Positions 1 to 9,758 of a DNA stretch of 64,000 nucleotides are shown here, in pieces. The first letter of the stretch is position 1; each line of letters opens with the position of its first letter. A program made the position numbers and the translations under genes. The notes beneath the pieces were generated by a model, which was not told the origin of the DNA, searched no databases, and worked only from the letters and a program-made list of their open reading frames with translations. Origin of the DNA: Olavius algarvensis Delta 4 endosymbiont (lineage in GTDB: Bacteria > Desulfobacterota > Desulfobacteria > Desulfobacterales > CAJINA01); assembly GCA_905176665.1 (NCBI GenBank), contig CAJINA010000259.1, forward strand, positions 24,363-88,362. The letters run 5' to 3'.

Positions 1-221
1 CCGTATCGGCGCCCCAGGGCAACCCCGAAACCCATACCCAAAAAAGCACCGATCAGGACCAGGTTGTTGAAGTAGGCAAAGATGCGTATCTGGCTGGATG
101 TCCAGCGGATAACCGCCAACTCCAGGGCCAGGATACCAAAGGTGGCCAGAGCAATTTTGACTCCGGCCGACCCACCGCCTTTCGTCCAGCTGCTGTCTGT
201 GAAGGCTGGCAGCAATTTCAA
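1..221 (-). CDS. partial CDS (5' end only, continues past left window edge): hydrophobic multi-pass membrane protein
   Basis: Manual minus-strand translation from TTG at 219-221 gives LKLLPAFTDSSWTKGGGSAGVKIALATFGILALELAVIRWTSSQIRIFAYFNNLVLIGAFLGMGFGVALGRRY, with no stop before position 1. It is absent from the ORF track because it is truncated. The start codon is uncertain. Confidence 0.3.
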   Translation of the reverse strand, partial: MKLLPAFTDSSWTKGGGSAGVKIALATFGILALELAVIRWTSSQIRIFAYFNNLVLIGAFLGMGFGVALGRRY

Positions 222-249
222 AAACTTGTTTCTTTCACGTTGTCCGCTT

Positions 250-993
250 TCAGGCACGATTGTTTCCAGGTTTTTCCAATCGCATCACGGCCAGGATACT
301 CTTGCCCAGCCGATAACCGAAAAGGGGGTCGCAAAGGGCCGATGCTCGCACCATGACCTTATCCCAGAAGGCTATCTGCCGCAACGTTGGAATTGACTGT
401 CCCAGAAGCCATCGATTGGCCAGAGATGCGAGCATGCCCACACAGTCCAGATATTCCAGATGGACCAGGGAGAGCCCCCCGGGACAAATCCGACGAATTT
501 TTTTCCGGTTGTAGCGGCGGTAATGTCCAATCTGCTGGTCAAACCGGCTGAATAAAAAATCATGCGCAGGCGAAAGAATAATCAGTTCGCCCCTTTCCCG
601 CAGCAATTGCGCCGCCCGTTTCAATTCGGACCGGTCATCTTCGATGTGTTCAAGCACATCGATGTAGATGATCGAATCAAACTCTCGTTTATGACTTGCC
701 AGTGATTCAATAGTACCATTGTGAACCGTGCAGCCGGCCGGTAGCTGGGCAGCGCGGATCTTGCTTTGAATGACTTCGCAAAACGCGGCATCCGGTTCCA
801 GACACAGCCAGGCAGTGTGGGTTCCCCGGCACAGCCAGTTGGTTGTTTCGCCCAGCCCAGCCCCTACCTCCAATACTCGGGCGCCGAGCCGGGGCGTAAT
901 CCGGTTTCCGCAATATCGCTTCCAGTTCATTGCCTGCGAAAAAAGTTCCAGCTCATCGCCGATGTATGTCTTTATACTCATATGCCATCGCAT
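250..993 (-). CDS. class I SAM-dependent methyltransferase
   Basis: 247-aa ORF with the SAM-binding motif VLEVGAGLGE and a downstream IDVLEHIED motif. Confidence 0.8.
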   Translation of the reverse strand: MRWHMSIKTYIGDELELFSQAMNWKRYCGNRITPRLGARVLEVGAGLGETTNWLCRGTHTAWLCLEPDAAFCEVIQSKIRAAQLPAGCTVHNGTIESLASHKREFDSIIYIDVLEHIEDDRSELKRAAQLLRERGELIILSPAHDFLFSRFDQQIGHYRRYNRKKIRRICPGGLSLVHLEYLDCVGMLASLANRWLLGQSIPTLRQIAFWDKVMVRASALCDPLFGYRLGKSILAVMRLEKPGNNRA

Positions 994-1145
994 TAAGGGG
1001 CTTCATTCTGTTTCCGGCAAGCCCGTGCCTTTAGCCCTGGGCTTTCAATGCATCACCATTTATTTAGATTATGCTTGGGGATCCTGTCGAGATAGTGTTC
1101 GCACATCAGTTGCGCCTGTGCCGGTATCCTTCGGGACCGTACCAA

Positions 1146-1925
1146 TCATGGCAAGCGATAGCGCCCCTTATTGTAATTCATCCAAATTGTGAACATTTCA
1201 TAGAACGTTCGGGGAATGTCCTGGCCGAGTCTGACATTTGAATCGAATGAGTGCGACCAGTCCACCGGAATCTCCCGGATAGGGTAACCCAGTTTTTCAG
1301 CAATGAAAAGAATCTCGGCATCATACCCCCATCGGTTTATCCGGGAACGAGAAAAAACGGCGTCAGTCGCCCGGGCGCTAAAAGCTTTTAAGCCGCAGGT
1401 AATATCACTCACCGGCAACCCAAACAAGGCCAGGGTAATTTTTCGATAGGCACGGCCTAAAAATGTCCGTATGAAACCCTCGGGAATTTTGTAGGCCGAA
1501 CCAATCAGGTGCCGGGAGCCGATCACAATATCCGCCCCCTGATCAAATGGCCTCCGGCAGTCGCCGATGAATTCAACCGGAACCGCAAGATCCGCATCCA
1601 TGAAAATACGCACCCCGCCGGTGGCCTGGAGCATGCCGGTTTTAACGGCGTAACCTTTGCCGCGATTGATTGTGTCCCCCCCGAAGTAGATATCTCGGTG
1701 GCGAGCGGCAATATTTCGGCCAATTCCGGCGGTATCATCGGTGCTGCCATCATTGATAAGCAGCAATTCCCATGTCAGCGACTGGGTCCCCAGATACTTT
1801 TCCAGAATCGTGATATTTTTCTCAAGACATCCGGCCTCGTTGTAAACCGGTATGACAATTGAGAGGTCCTTCAAAGCCCTCTCCTTTCCAGCATTTCTTT
1901 TTCGGGTTTCCGGTCGAGGCAACAA
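1146..1925 (-). CDS. family 2 glycosyltransferase (polyprenyl-phosphate hexosyltransferase-like)
   Basis: 259 aa with LSIVIPVYNE, LINDGSTDDT and FMDADL, the GT-A/GT2 signatures. Confidence 0.85.
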   Translation of the reverse strand: MLPRPETRKRNAGKERALKDLSIVIPVYNEAGCLEKNITILEKYLGTQSLTWELLLINDGSTDDTAGIGRNIAARHRDIYFGGDTINRGKGYAVKTGMLQATGGVRIFMDADLAVPVEFIGDCRRPFDQGADIVIGSRHLIGSAYKIPEGFIRTFLGRAYRKITLALFGLPVSDITCGLKAFSARATDAVFSRSRINRWGYDAEILFIAEKLGYPIREIPVDWSHSFDSNVRLGQDIPRTFYEMFTIWMNYNKGRYRLP

Positions 1926-1928
1926 TAC

Positions 1929-4112
1929 CTAACCGAGTAACTTTTCAGACCGCCGACGGTGTTCACAGCGTACCGCATAGCCATATAAAAAAACCAGTAG
2001 AATTATACCGCAAACTGAAAGCCAGCGCCCCAGTCTATAGGATTGCGGTAAAAACTCCAGGCTCACCCGATGATGTCCGGCTGTAACTTTGAAAGCGATG
2101 AACATGTCGACAAAAGGTTTTACCACAAGCGGGGAGCCATTTTCCATGGCAATCCACCCCGGGTGGAATGACTCCGACAGGATGACCGTCCCCGGCTCAC
2201 TGGATTCCAGTTCTAATTGACGTCTGTTCACACTCTCTGTTTTTATAGCCACCGGTATCACTTCACCCGTGAAGTTATCCGGTATGAAGACGGCGCGGGG
2301 CAGCACAGACCTGTTTTCATACAGGTAGATCTTTTGGTTCCGCCACCAACCTCCGTGAAAATCCGGAGCGCTGAATGTGTCGTTGGCTATAAATTTCAGT
2401 TGTGGTTTTGAAAGGGGTGTCGTTGCGATTAGATGCGTGACCCCCGCCAAATTAAAAAGCCGCGGCCGACCGAACCCATACAGGCGAAAGCCCCAGAAGG
2501 TATCACTGATCGTCTCGTCGGTTGCATCCATTTTTCCCAGAAAATTCAAAGTCTGCCACAGGGCCAGCGGCTCATAGCCCCCTGCCCTGCCGATCCGGTT
2601 CTTGGTAAAAACCCAGTCTTCAAGAGGGCTTATAAGATTGTCTTTCAAATGGACTGGCTGAAGAAAAGCAACCCTGGCAGGTTCCGGATATTCTTTAAGG
2701 GGCCTTATGATGCCGCCTGGCGGTTGGATATCCGCTACCCGATACCCGTTTAAAATAGTCGGTGCGATTAGAAAGGGGTCAAGGATAAGCCAGCATAGCA
2801 GCAGCCAGCGCCAGAGATGCTGCTGCTGTTTCCAGACATGGTACAGGCTGATCAGGCTGATAAAAATTACCACATTGATTGCAAACCGGGGATCCGCATC
2901 TGCTTCCCGGACAGGCGGAACGAGCACCCCGATGAGCAACACAAGGCCGGCGATAATCATTGGCGCAAATCTCTGGGTCTTCGATCGGCCGGCTTTCAGG
3001 AACCGTTCAAGACCCCTGCCGGCTGCGACACACAGTATCACAACGGTAAATATCAGATAGCGGGAGGGGTTCGTAAGCATCCCGATACCCGGCAGCAACC
3101 GGACAAACCCGTCAAGCAAGGGCAGCGCTTCCCCCAGGCTGAGCAGCAACGGGGCCAGGCCCCAGACCACTAAGACCTGGAGACGGGGTCCGCGCAACAG
3201 CCCCAGGATCGCGAATATCAACCCCCCAATCCCGATATAAGTACACAGTTCCCAACTGAAATCCTGCGAGCTGAATTCCGGTCGGGCCAGAATTTGAAAC
3301 CACTGTTTAAAATTCCAATCGAGGTGGAACCCGGATATGGCAGGGTCGAAAAACTTTCTGGAAGATAAATAAGCCTGCTCGGCTGAAGGGAAAAGTTGAA
3401 TCGCCGATAATAATACGGACACCGTCCCGGCCAGCAATATCCTGAACAGCAGGGATAGTTTGGCTTTGCCGGTGCCGGAAGTCAGAAAACTCCACAAGCC
3501 CTGCAGCAAGAGCAAACAAAAACCCATGAGGGCATACTGGGGGGTCCCGCATAAAAGGCTCAGGGCAAAAATCACCCCGAAGTACAAGGGGCCTTTCAGA
3601 TCCTCTTCGACCAGCACTTTCTGGGCCCACAGGATAAACAGCGGTAACCAGCAAATGGAATAAAAATAACCGACCCAGCCGGCATTGATATAGTAAAGCA
3701 TCCGGCCATTGAACATATACAGCAATCCGGCAATGACGCTGCCTGTTTGCCCAAAACCAAAATATTTCGTCAGCCGGTAAGTCCCGTATCCGGCGATCGC
3801 CATGTGCACCACCTGGCCCACCCAGATCGCCTTGAAGAATGAAAAGACGGCAAACAAAATCCCCGGGGGATAAAATAGCGCGTACTGGATGTTGCCCACC
3901 GACGGCTGCCCCAGCATCACGTATGGGTTCCACAGGGGTAGTTCGCCGCTTTCCTGAAAGCTGTTGAATATAAGGCTTTTCAGTCCATATACATACGGAA
4001 CCAGGTCCGAGGCTTCACCGGTGTAAAAGTCGACCAGTCCCATCCAGACAGGTGCGTGGAACAACAGCGGCAGCAAAATGTACAAAGATATGGGCAGGTA
4101 TTTTTTATACAT
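1929..4112 (-). CDS. YfhO-family GT-C membrane glycosyltransferase-like protein
   Basis: 727 aa with many hydrophobic segments. The N-terminus GELPLWNPYVMLGQPSVGNIQYALFYPP resembles the YfhO family. Its ATG overlaps the upstream stop (TGATG on the minus strand at 4110-4114). Confidence 0.65.
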   Translation of the reverse strand: MYKKYLPISLYILLPLLFHAPVWMGLVDFYTGEASDLVPYVYGLKSLIFNSFQESGELPLWNPYVMLGQPSVGNIQYALFYPPGILFAVFSFFKAIWVGQVVHMAIAGYGTYRLTKYFGFGQTGSVIAGLLYMFNGRMLYYINAGWVGYFYSICWLPLFILWAQKVLVEEDLKGPLYFGVIFALSLLCGTPQYALMGFCLLLLQGLWSFLTSGTGKAKLSLLFRILLAGTVSVLLSAIQLFPSAEQAYLSSRKFFDPAISGFHLDWNFKQWFQILARPEFSSQDFSWELCTYIGIGGLIFAILGLLRGPRLQVLVVWGLAPLLLSLGEALPLLDGFVRLLPGIGMLTNPSRYLIFTVVILCVAAGRGLERFLKAGRSKTQRFAPMIIAGLVLLIGVLVPPVREADADPRFAINVVIFISLISLYHVWKQQQHLWRWLLLCWLILDPFLIAPTILNGYRVADIQPPGGIIRPLKEYPEPARVAFLQPVHLKDNLISPLEDWVFTKNRIGRAGGYEPLALWQTLNFLGKMDATDETISDTFWGFRLYGFGRPRLFNLAGVTHLIATTPLSKPQLKFIANDTFSAPDFHGGWWRNQKIYLYENRSVLPRAVFIPDNFTGEVIPVAIKTESVNRRQLELESSEPGTVILSESFHPGWIAMENGSPLVVKPFVDMFIAFKVTAGHHRVSLEFLPQSYRLGRWLSVCGIILLVFLYGYAVRCEHRRRSEKLLG

Positions 4113-4810
4113 CAGGCAAATATCGGATTTTCACTTGCGGCCAATATCCCTTTTTGCGAGGCCCGGTTGAATAGTTCTATGACGGCCCGACGGCCCGCTT
4201 TTCCCGATCGGCATCTACCCAGCGGCCAATAGTCGAGCCAAATTAGAACAAACGGTAAGGCTAGCCCCATGGGTTTGCCCATCAGACAGAACACGAACAT
4301 GAGAAAAACCATGCTGTAAGCTACAATACTCGGCTTGCGGACATAGCGCTTATAGGCAATCAGGGTTAACATCCAGAAAAACGTATAGACCATGTCCTTG
4401 CGCTCAGAAATCCTGGCCACGGACTCGATGTGGAGCGGATGGATGGCAAAGAAGGCTGCCAGGAAAAAACTGGGCCACATATTCCCTGTTAAGCGGTTAA
4501 ACGCCACAAATAGTAATATCGAGTTCAGTGCATGTAGGAGAACATTGGTTATATGATATCCACCGGGGTTCATCCCGTACAGTTCGCTATCCACGAGAAA
4601 GGTAAGCCAGGTAAGCGGCGCCCAGTAATTAGAGTGGTAGGTCCCCTCCGTGAAGGCCCAGATAACGCCCGACCACGTCAGCCCTTCTCTGACAACGGGA
4701 TTATCGGTAGTGTAGATGGGGTCGTCGTAACTGAGAAATGCGAACTCATAAACTTGGGCATAAACAATAAAGATTAGAAACGCTATTAGCAGAGACAGGC
4801 ATAAAACCAT
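4112..4810 (-). CDS. short membrane protein resembling only the N-terminal TM region of PMT_2/TMTC-like (DUF1736-type) GT-C glycosyltransferases
   Basis: 232 aa with SYDDPIYTTDNPVVREGL, YHSNYWAPLTWLTFLVD, GYHITNVLLHALNSILLF and LDYWPLGR. Full-length relatives are normally much longer. This one stops shortly after DYWPLGR. Confidence 0.55.
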   Translation of the reverse strand: MVLCLSLLIAFLIFIVYAQVYEFAFLSYDDPIYTTDNPVVREGLTWSGVIWAFTEGTYHSNYWAPLTWLTFLVDSELYGMNPGGYHITNVLLHALNSILLFVAFNRLTGNMWPSFFLAAFFAIHPLHIESVARISERKDMVYTFFWMLTLIAYKRYVRKPSIVAYSMVFLMFVFCLMGKPMGLALPFVLIWLDYWPLGRCRSGKAGRRAVIELFNRASQKGILAASENPIFA

Positions 4811-5151
4811 CCAGCGGTTCGTAACCGGGGCATGCAGCGTCCGGTTGTCCGAGTGGTTCTTCTGCTAGCTGTCAGAATACGATGAGTCCATGCAATTACT
4901 TGAATCAGCGGCGCGCAATTTCCATGCAATACCGTTCGCGTCTATAGTGGTTCGATTTGCATGCTAAACAATAACTGACCATAATTACAATGAAATTATT
5001 AAAAAACAAAGAACTAAAATATGATTGTTACAATTATCGTTTCCGATCGAATCAGATTATGGGCGATTGTGAAACCGGTTAATTTACATTTGATCAGGCC
5101 AGGATGATTGTGGTACCTTCACTTCGATAATAAACATATACAGGATCTATA

Positions 5152-5913
5152 ATGCCCAACACATCCTACGATCTGAGCCTGGTCATTGCCTGCTACAATG
5201 AAGAAGCAATTCTGAGAGAGCATTTCCGTCAAGTCCTTCAAGTGTTGGAAGCGACGCGCTGGACATTCGAAATCATATTTGTCGATGATAAAAGTGGCGA
5301 TGATACCCGCCAGATTATTGACAAGATCATTGCTGACCATCCGCAGGTGCCAATCCGCAACGTTTTTCATCCCTGTAATGTTGGCCGTGGCCGTTCGGTC
5401 AGTGACGGGATAAGGATTTCCCGCGGTGACGTTACTGGATACATCGATATCGATTTGGAGGTCCAGATCCAGAACATTGTGCCCATGATGATTGCTATAC
5501 AAAGCGGTGCGGATGTAGTGCTGGCCGAAAGAATCTATAAAATACAACTTTTCCGTATTCACCGTCACTTTTTAAGTGTAGGCTATCGCATTGTGCGCAA
5601 TTTTCTATTGAGATTACCATTGGGCGATACTGAAGCTGGATATAAATTTTTCAGGCGAGACAAGATATTGCCAGTGGTGGATAAGTGTCAGGACCCTGGC
5701 TGGTTCTGGGACACAGAAATTATTGTTAGGGCCGGTTTTGCAGGACTGTCAATTCAGTATATTCCCTGCTTGTTTATCCGCCACCCAGGTAAAAAGTCAA
5801 CCGTGCGGATAATCCCGGACACATTGAAGTATGTGGTTAACCTTATAAGATTTCGGAGGATTATTAGAAAATTGCAGCAATCCCAACCAGGGAATCCTGA
5901 GCCTAACCATTAG
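5152..5913 (+). CDS. family 2 glycosyltransferase (ArnC-like polyprenyl-phosphate glycosyltransferase)
   Basis: 253 aa with LSLVIACYNEE, FVDDKSGDDT and IDIDLE motifs. It sits in an AT-rich region. Confidence 0.8.
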   Translation: MPNTSYDLSLVIACYNEEAILREHFRQVLQVLEATRWTFEIIFVDDKSGDDTRQIIDKIIADHPQVPIRNVFHPCNVGRGRSVSDGIRISRGDVTGYIDIDLEVQIQNIVPMMIAIQSGADVVLAERIYKIQLFRIHRHFLSVGYRIVRNFLLRLPLGDTEAGYKFFRRDKILPVVDKCQDPGWFWDTEIIVRAGFAGLSIQYIPCLFIRHPGKKSTVRIIPDTLKYVVNLIRFRRIIRKLQQSQPGNPEPNH

Positions 5914-5952
5914 GTGCCCAATGCTTCAATTTGAAGATCCAGCCTCAATGCC

Positions 5953-6840
5953 ATGAAGATACTAATCTTAACAGCTCAAAAACATATCTATTCTAACGTC
6001 GTTATGAACAGGCTGATACACTCAAGTTTTCTCAAGCGGCACCAGGTAATGTTATTAGAAGAGACCGCATTAATTCCAGGTTATAGGTGGGCAGCTGCTT
6101 TAAGGCGCTATCTCAAGATATCCGGATTCAGGTATGTCTTTGTGCAGGCTTGCAAACAATATATCTTCCGCTTTCGACAGTTTATCGATCGTATCCTAAA
6201 ACAGTATAAATCACCCTACTTTCCCTATACACATTCTGTACAAAGGAACTGGTCTCGACAGGCTATCAAGGCCTTGAATAGCCCCGATATTGTTAAGATG
6301 ATCCAAAACTATCAACCCGACATGATCCTCTCTATATTTTCACGCGATATCATTCCCCGCTCGATTTTCTCGATACCAAAATATGGCTGTGTAAACCTGC
6401 ACCCGGGATTACTGCCGTTTTACCGTGGCGTATCGCCTACATTCTGGTGTCTGGCCAACCGGGAAACCCATGCCGGTGTAACACTGCACCATGTAGATGC
6501 TAAGATTGATCGAGGTGCCATCGTGAGCCATAGAAGCATTAAGGTCACGCGCCAAGGTACCGAGCACGGACTATATTTGGTGTGCTCTTGGATGGGCGCC
6601 GACCTAATATCGAAATTTGTGTTCGCTGCTGATATTGACAAGGATACTGTCCTTGAAAAGCCGATTACAGATACTCAAGGTCAATATTATTCTTTGCCGG
6701 ATAAAAAATCGGTAGCACGTTTTAGAAAAAACGGACATTGTTTTTTCAAGCTCTGGGAATTCATCCATCCTGCCAGACTAATCCAACAACTTAGACATGA
6801 CTACAGTAACAAACTTCGCCTACCTGATTTCAACCGCTAA
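5953..6840 (+). CDS. stand-alone formyltransferase (Fmt / ArnA N-terminal domain-like)
   Basis: 295 aa with CVNLHPGLLPFYRGVSPTFWCL and GVTLHHVDAKIDRGAIV, the formyl-transferase core motifs. Confidence 0.75.
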   Translation: MKILILTAQKHIYSNVVMNRLIHSSFLKRHQVMLLEETALIPGYRWAAALRRYLKISGFRYVFVQACKQYIFRFRQFIDRILKQYKSPYFPYTHSVQRNWSRQAIKALNSPDIVKMIQNYQPDMILSIFSRDIIPRSIFSIPKYGCVNLHPGLLPFYRGVSPTFWCLANRETHAGVTLHHVDAKIDRGAIVSHRSIKVTRQGTEHGLYLVCSWMGADLISKFVFAADIDKDTVLEKPITDTQGQYYSLPDKKSVARFRKNGHCFFKLWEFIHPARLIQQLRHDYSNKLRLPDFNR

Positions 6841-6898
6841 ACATAATCGGACAATCACTAGTCGCGTGAGCGGCATGATGGTGCGGCCTATTGAGAAA

Positions 6899-8446
6899 TC
6901 ACTTGCCGGGGGGACGATAAACGATGGTCGCTGCCCCAAGTGCGATGTCAGTATAAACTATTTCAGACTTTGGGTCAGGAACGAATGTCGGGACAGTATA
7001 GTGTTCAAACACATTCGGCGTATAGACATGGAGCGGTGGCTTTTTTGTTTCTTTCCCGGGTTCGAATTGGCGGGTTTGTGTGAATGTCGGCCTTCTCCCC
7101 GCAACATGAATATCAGGCAATGGTTTGCGTACATACCCAAGATCGGATGAACTCAGCATGTGCGCAAAGGGATATTTGACTACTATCGGATGATCAAAGT
7201 AGTTCTTCTCTAAAAACCGACATACCCTCTGGTTAGAGGTCAGGTCCAACAGATACTCCCGGCTGCGCTCCAGGTGCTCGCCTGAACGGGCCACCGGGGT
7301 AGGTAGCGACGGCAATAGCAGACCATACTGATTGGCAGTGCCGATAATTATTAAAAGGCAGGCTAAAAGCACCGCCATCCGGTAACTCCATCGAGTAACC
7401 AGGAGCCCTAGCAGGGCAATCATTGGAAAAACAACACTGGCCGCATAGCGGCAAAGGGGCAATGGATAAAGATGATATGCTGCCCAAAACCCCCCCGCCA
7501 GGATCGTCAGAAAAGATACAATTAGAAATCTATCATTGTACCAATAGTCCGTTCCCCAGAGCTTCCAACGGATCAACGTAACTGCCAAAATGAAACCCGT
7601 TAACACCAAAATCCCTGTCTGAAAGGGCAGTAAAATTTTTACCGAGTAGAATATGTCTGACAAGTTCCACTGCAATTTAAAATTGTCTGCGTTCATTTGG
7701 TTCGCCAACCAGAAGAGCACTGGAAAGGGGGCAGCCACATAGGCATCCGGCCAAATTTTCTTATGGGTATTGTTATAGTCGACGGTGAAGTGGAGGCCCA
7801 GCCGATATCCGATGAACCAGATTAACATGGCCAAAGCCAGCAGGAGTGCCGATGATTTAACTAAAAAAGCAACCAGACAGAAAAGGGCTGCAAGCAAGTA
7901 GCGCCGGCGGTGCAGCGCCAGGATGGTAGCCCCGTAGCATGCTGCCTGGGGAATCTCTATGTAAAGTGAAGCAACCTGACCACTCCAGATGGGATCCAAT
8001 GCTGCGGCCGAACACCAGAGTAAAGCCAGTTTATCAGGCATATGGTCTCGGAGGAACACATAAAACAGAGTGAATGTCAGGGCCGCGCAAAAAATATTGA
8101 ATATGTGGATACTTGTAAATGCCCAGCCAGCACCCAAAAATTTGATCAACAGAGCATAAACCGGAGCCAGAACATAAAGAATCTTTACGTGGGGGCCCCC
8201 ATCAACCCATTTAGGCTGATGCCATAATTGAAAATAATCAAAGTTGTGATCCTTGAGCCATACCGCCTGACTGTAAATACCGGTTAGTGCGTCCCAATAT
8301 GGCGGGTCGGTCAGGACCTGAAGATTCATCAGCAGCAACAGGACAAATGCTATCCCGAACACCATCGTTGCAGCGTAATGCTCATCTGTCTGTGTCGGTA
8401 TTTTATCTATCATATCGAAACCGGGATTTTCCATATTACGAGGCAC
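6899..8446 (-). CDS. large polytopic membrane protein, possible GT-C (ArnT/PMT-like) glycosyltransferase
   Basis: 515 aa with many hydrophobic helices followed by a roughly 130-aa soluble C-terminus. The assignment rests on architecture and neighbourhood only. Confidence 0.4.
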   Translation of the reverse strand: MPRNMENPGFDMIDKIPTQTDEHYAATMVFGIAFVLLLLMNLQVLTDPPYWDALTGIYSQAVWLKDHNFDYFQLWHQPKWVDGGPHVKILYVLAPVYALLIKFLGAGWAFTSIHIFNIFCAALTFTLFYVFLRDHMPDKLALLWCSAAALDPIWSGQVASLYIEIPQAACYGATILALHRRRYLLAALFCLVAFLVKSSALLLALAMLIWFIGYRLGLHFTVDYNNTHKKIWPDAYVAAPFPVLFWLANQMNADNFKLQWNLSDIFYSVKILLPFQTGILVLTGFILAVTLIRWKLWGTDYWYNDRFLIVSFLTILAGGFWAAYHLYPLPLCRYAASVVFPMIALLGLLVTRWSYRMAVLLACLLIIIGTANQYGLLLPSLPTPVARSGEHLERSREYLLDLTSNQRVCRFLEKNYFDHPIVVKYPFAHMLSSSDLGYVRKPLPDIHVAGRRPTFTQTRQFEPGKETKKPPLHVYTPNVFEHYTVPTFVPDPKSEIVYTDIALGAATIVYRPPGK

Positions 8447-8491
8447 TCCGCACCGTCGGCCGTCCGTACTGCTTTGCCCAAACCTGAATAT

Positions 8492-9703
8492 CTATATGTC
8501 AACAGATGACATCAGAACCTTGTAAAAGGCCTCGCAAACGTCATCAGTATCATTTGCCGCTAAACCGCCGGAAAGAGGCAGGGAGAGTGTTCGCGCACCA
8601 ATCCACTCCGCGTTGGGGAAATCTCCGGTTTTCCAGCCAAAAGCTTTTTGGTAGTAGCGATGCAGATGCACGGGTATATAGTGAACCCCGGTGCCGATAT
8701 TTTCTGCATTCATTGCATTGAGAACCCAATCCCGGCTACGACCGATCCGGTCGATATCGATCAGGGGGGTATAAAGATGATAGGCGTGCCTCTTATTCGG
8801 CTGCTGATCAATCGGCAGAATGCAAGGTAGATCTTTGAAGGCTTCGTTGTAGTGCTGCCAAACCTGCCGTCTGCGTTTCCAGAAATCCTCGACTCGCTTC
8901 AACTGGTGGATACCTATGGCCGCCTGGATATCCATCATGTTGTACTTAAAACCGGCATGCACGACCTGGTAGTGTTTATATCCTTCGTCGGAAAATCTTT
9001 GCCAAGCATCCTGATCCATACCGTGCAACCCCAGGATCTTGATTTGCTCGGCCAAGCGATCATCGTCTGTGATCACCATCCCGCCCTCACCGGTCACCAC
9101 GTTCTTTGTCACATAAAAACTGAAGCAGCCCATATCCCCGAATCTTCCAGCTTTGATACCATGATATTCCGACTCAATGGCGTGGGCACAATCCTCAATT
9201 AGCCTCAATCCATACCGGCTGGCGATTTCCATGATTGCCTGCATTTCACAACAACGTTCGGCAAAATGAATTGGTACGATTGCCTTGGTTCGGGCTGTAA
9301 TCTTCTGTTCAATGGCTTCTGTAAGGATGTTCATCGAGTACCGGTCGCAATCCACCAGAACCGGTTTCGCTCCGCTGTGAATGATGGCATTAACCGTTGC
9401 ACAAAAAGTCATCGGGCTGGTGATCACTTCGTCGCCGGGTCCGATGCCGGCAGCAAGCATTGAGAGATGCAAAGCGGCTGTGCAGGAATTCAAGGCAATG
9501 GCATGTCAGGCGCCGGTAAAACCGGCAAAATCTTCTTCGAATATCTGCACCTTGGGCCCGGTGCCAATCCAGCGCCGCTGAAAGGAGTCTACCACTTCGT
9601 TGATCTCCGCTTCTTCGAAGACCGGCATTCCAAAAACCAGATAATTAGCGGTTGAACGTACGGGGGGTCCGCCCTCCAGCGCAAGTTTTACCATACTCAC
9701 CAC
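8492..9703 (-). pseudogene. DegT/DnrJ/EryC1/StrS-family (ArnB-like) sugar aminotransferase interrupted by one in-frame TGA
   Basis: ORFs 9506..9703 and 8492..9493 are in the same frame and separated only by TGA at 9506-9508. The junction reads [38 protein letters not shown], which is the contiguous conserved N-terminal region of this family. Confidence 0.7.
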
Positions 9704-9758
9704 CTCGTGTGGTCCACCTTTCAGGTTCAGGCAACATGCATTATCAAAGCTGCATCCG

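Noticed and set aside
82-396. 104-aa plus-strand ORF at the left edge
   Set aside because: It overlaps the 3' end of the methyltransferase gene and the 5' end of the minus-strand membrane-protein fragment. It has no motifs and no ribosome-binding site.
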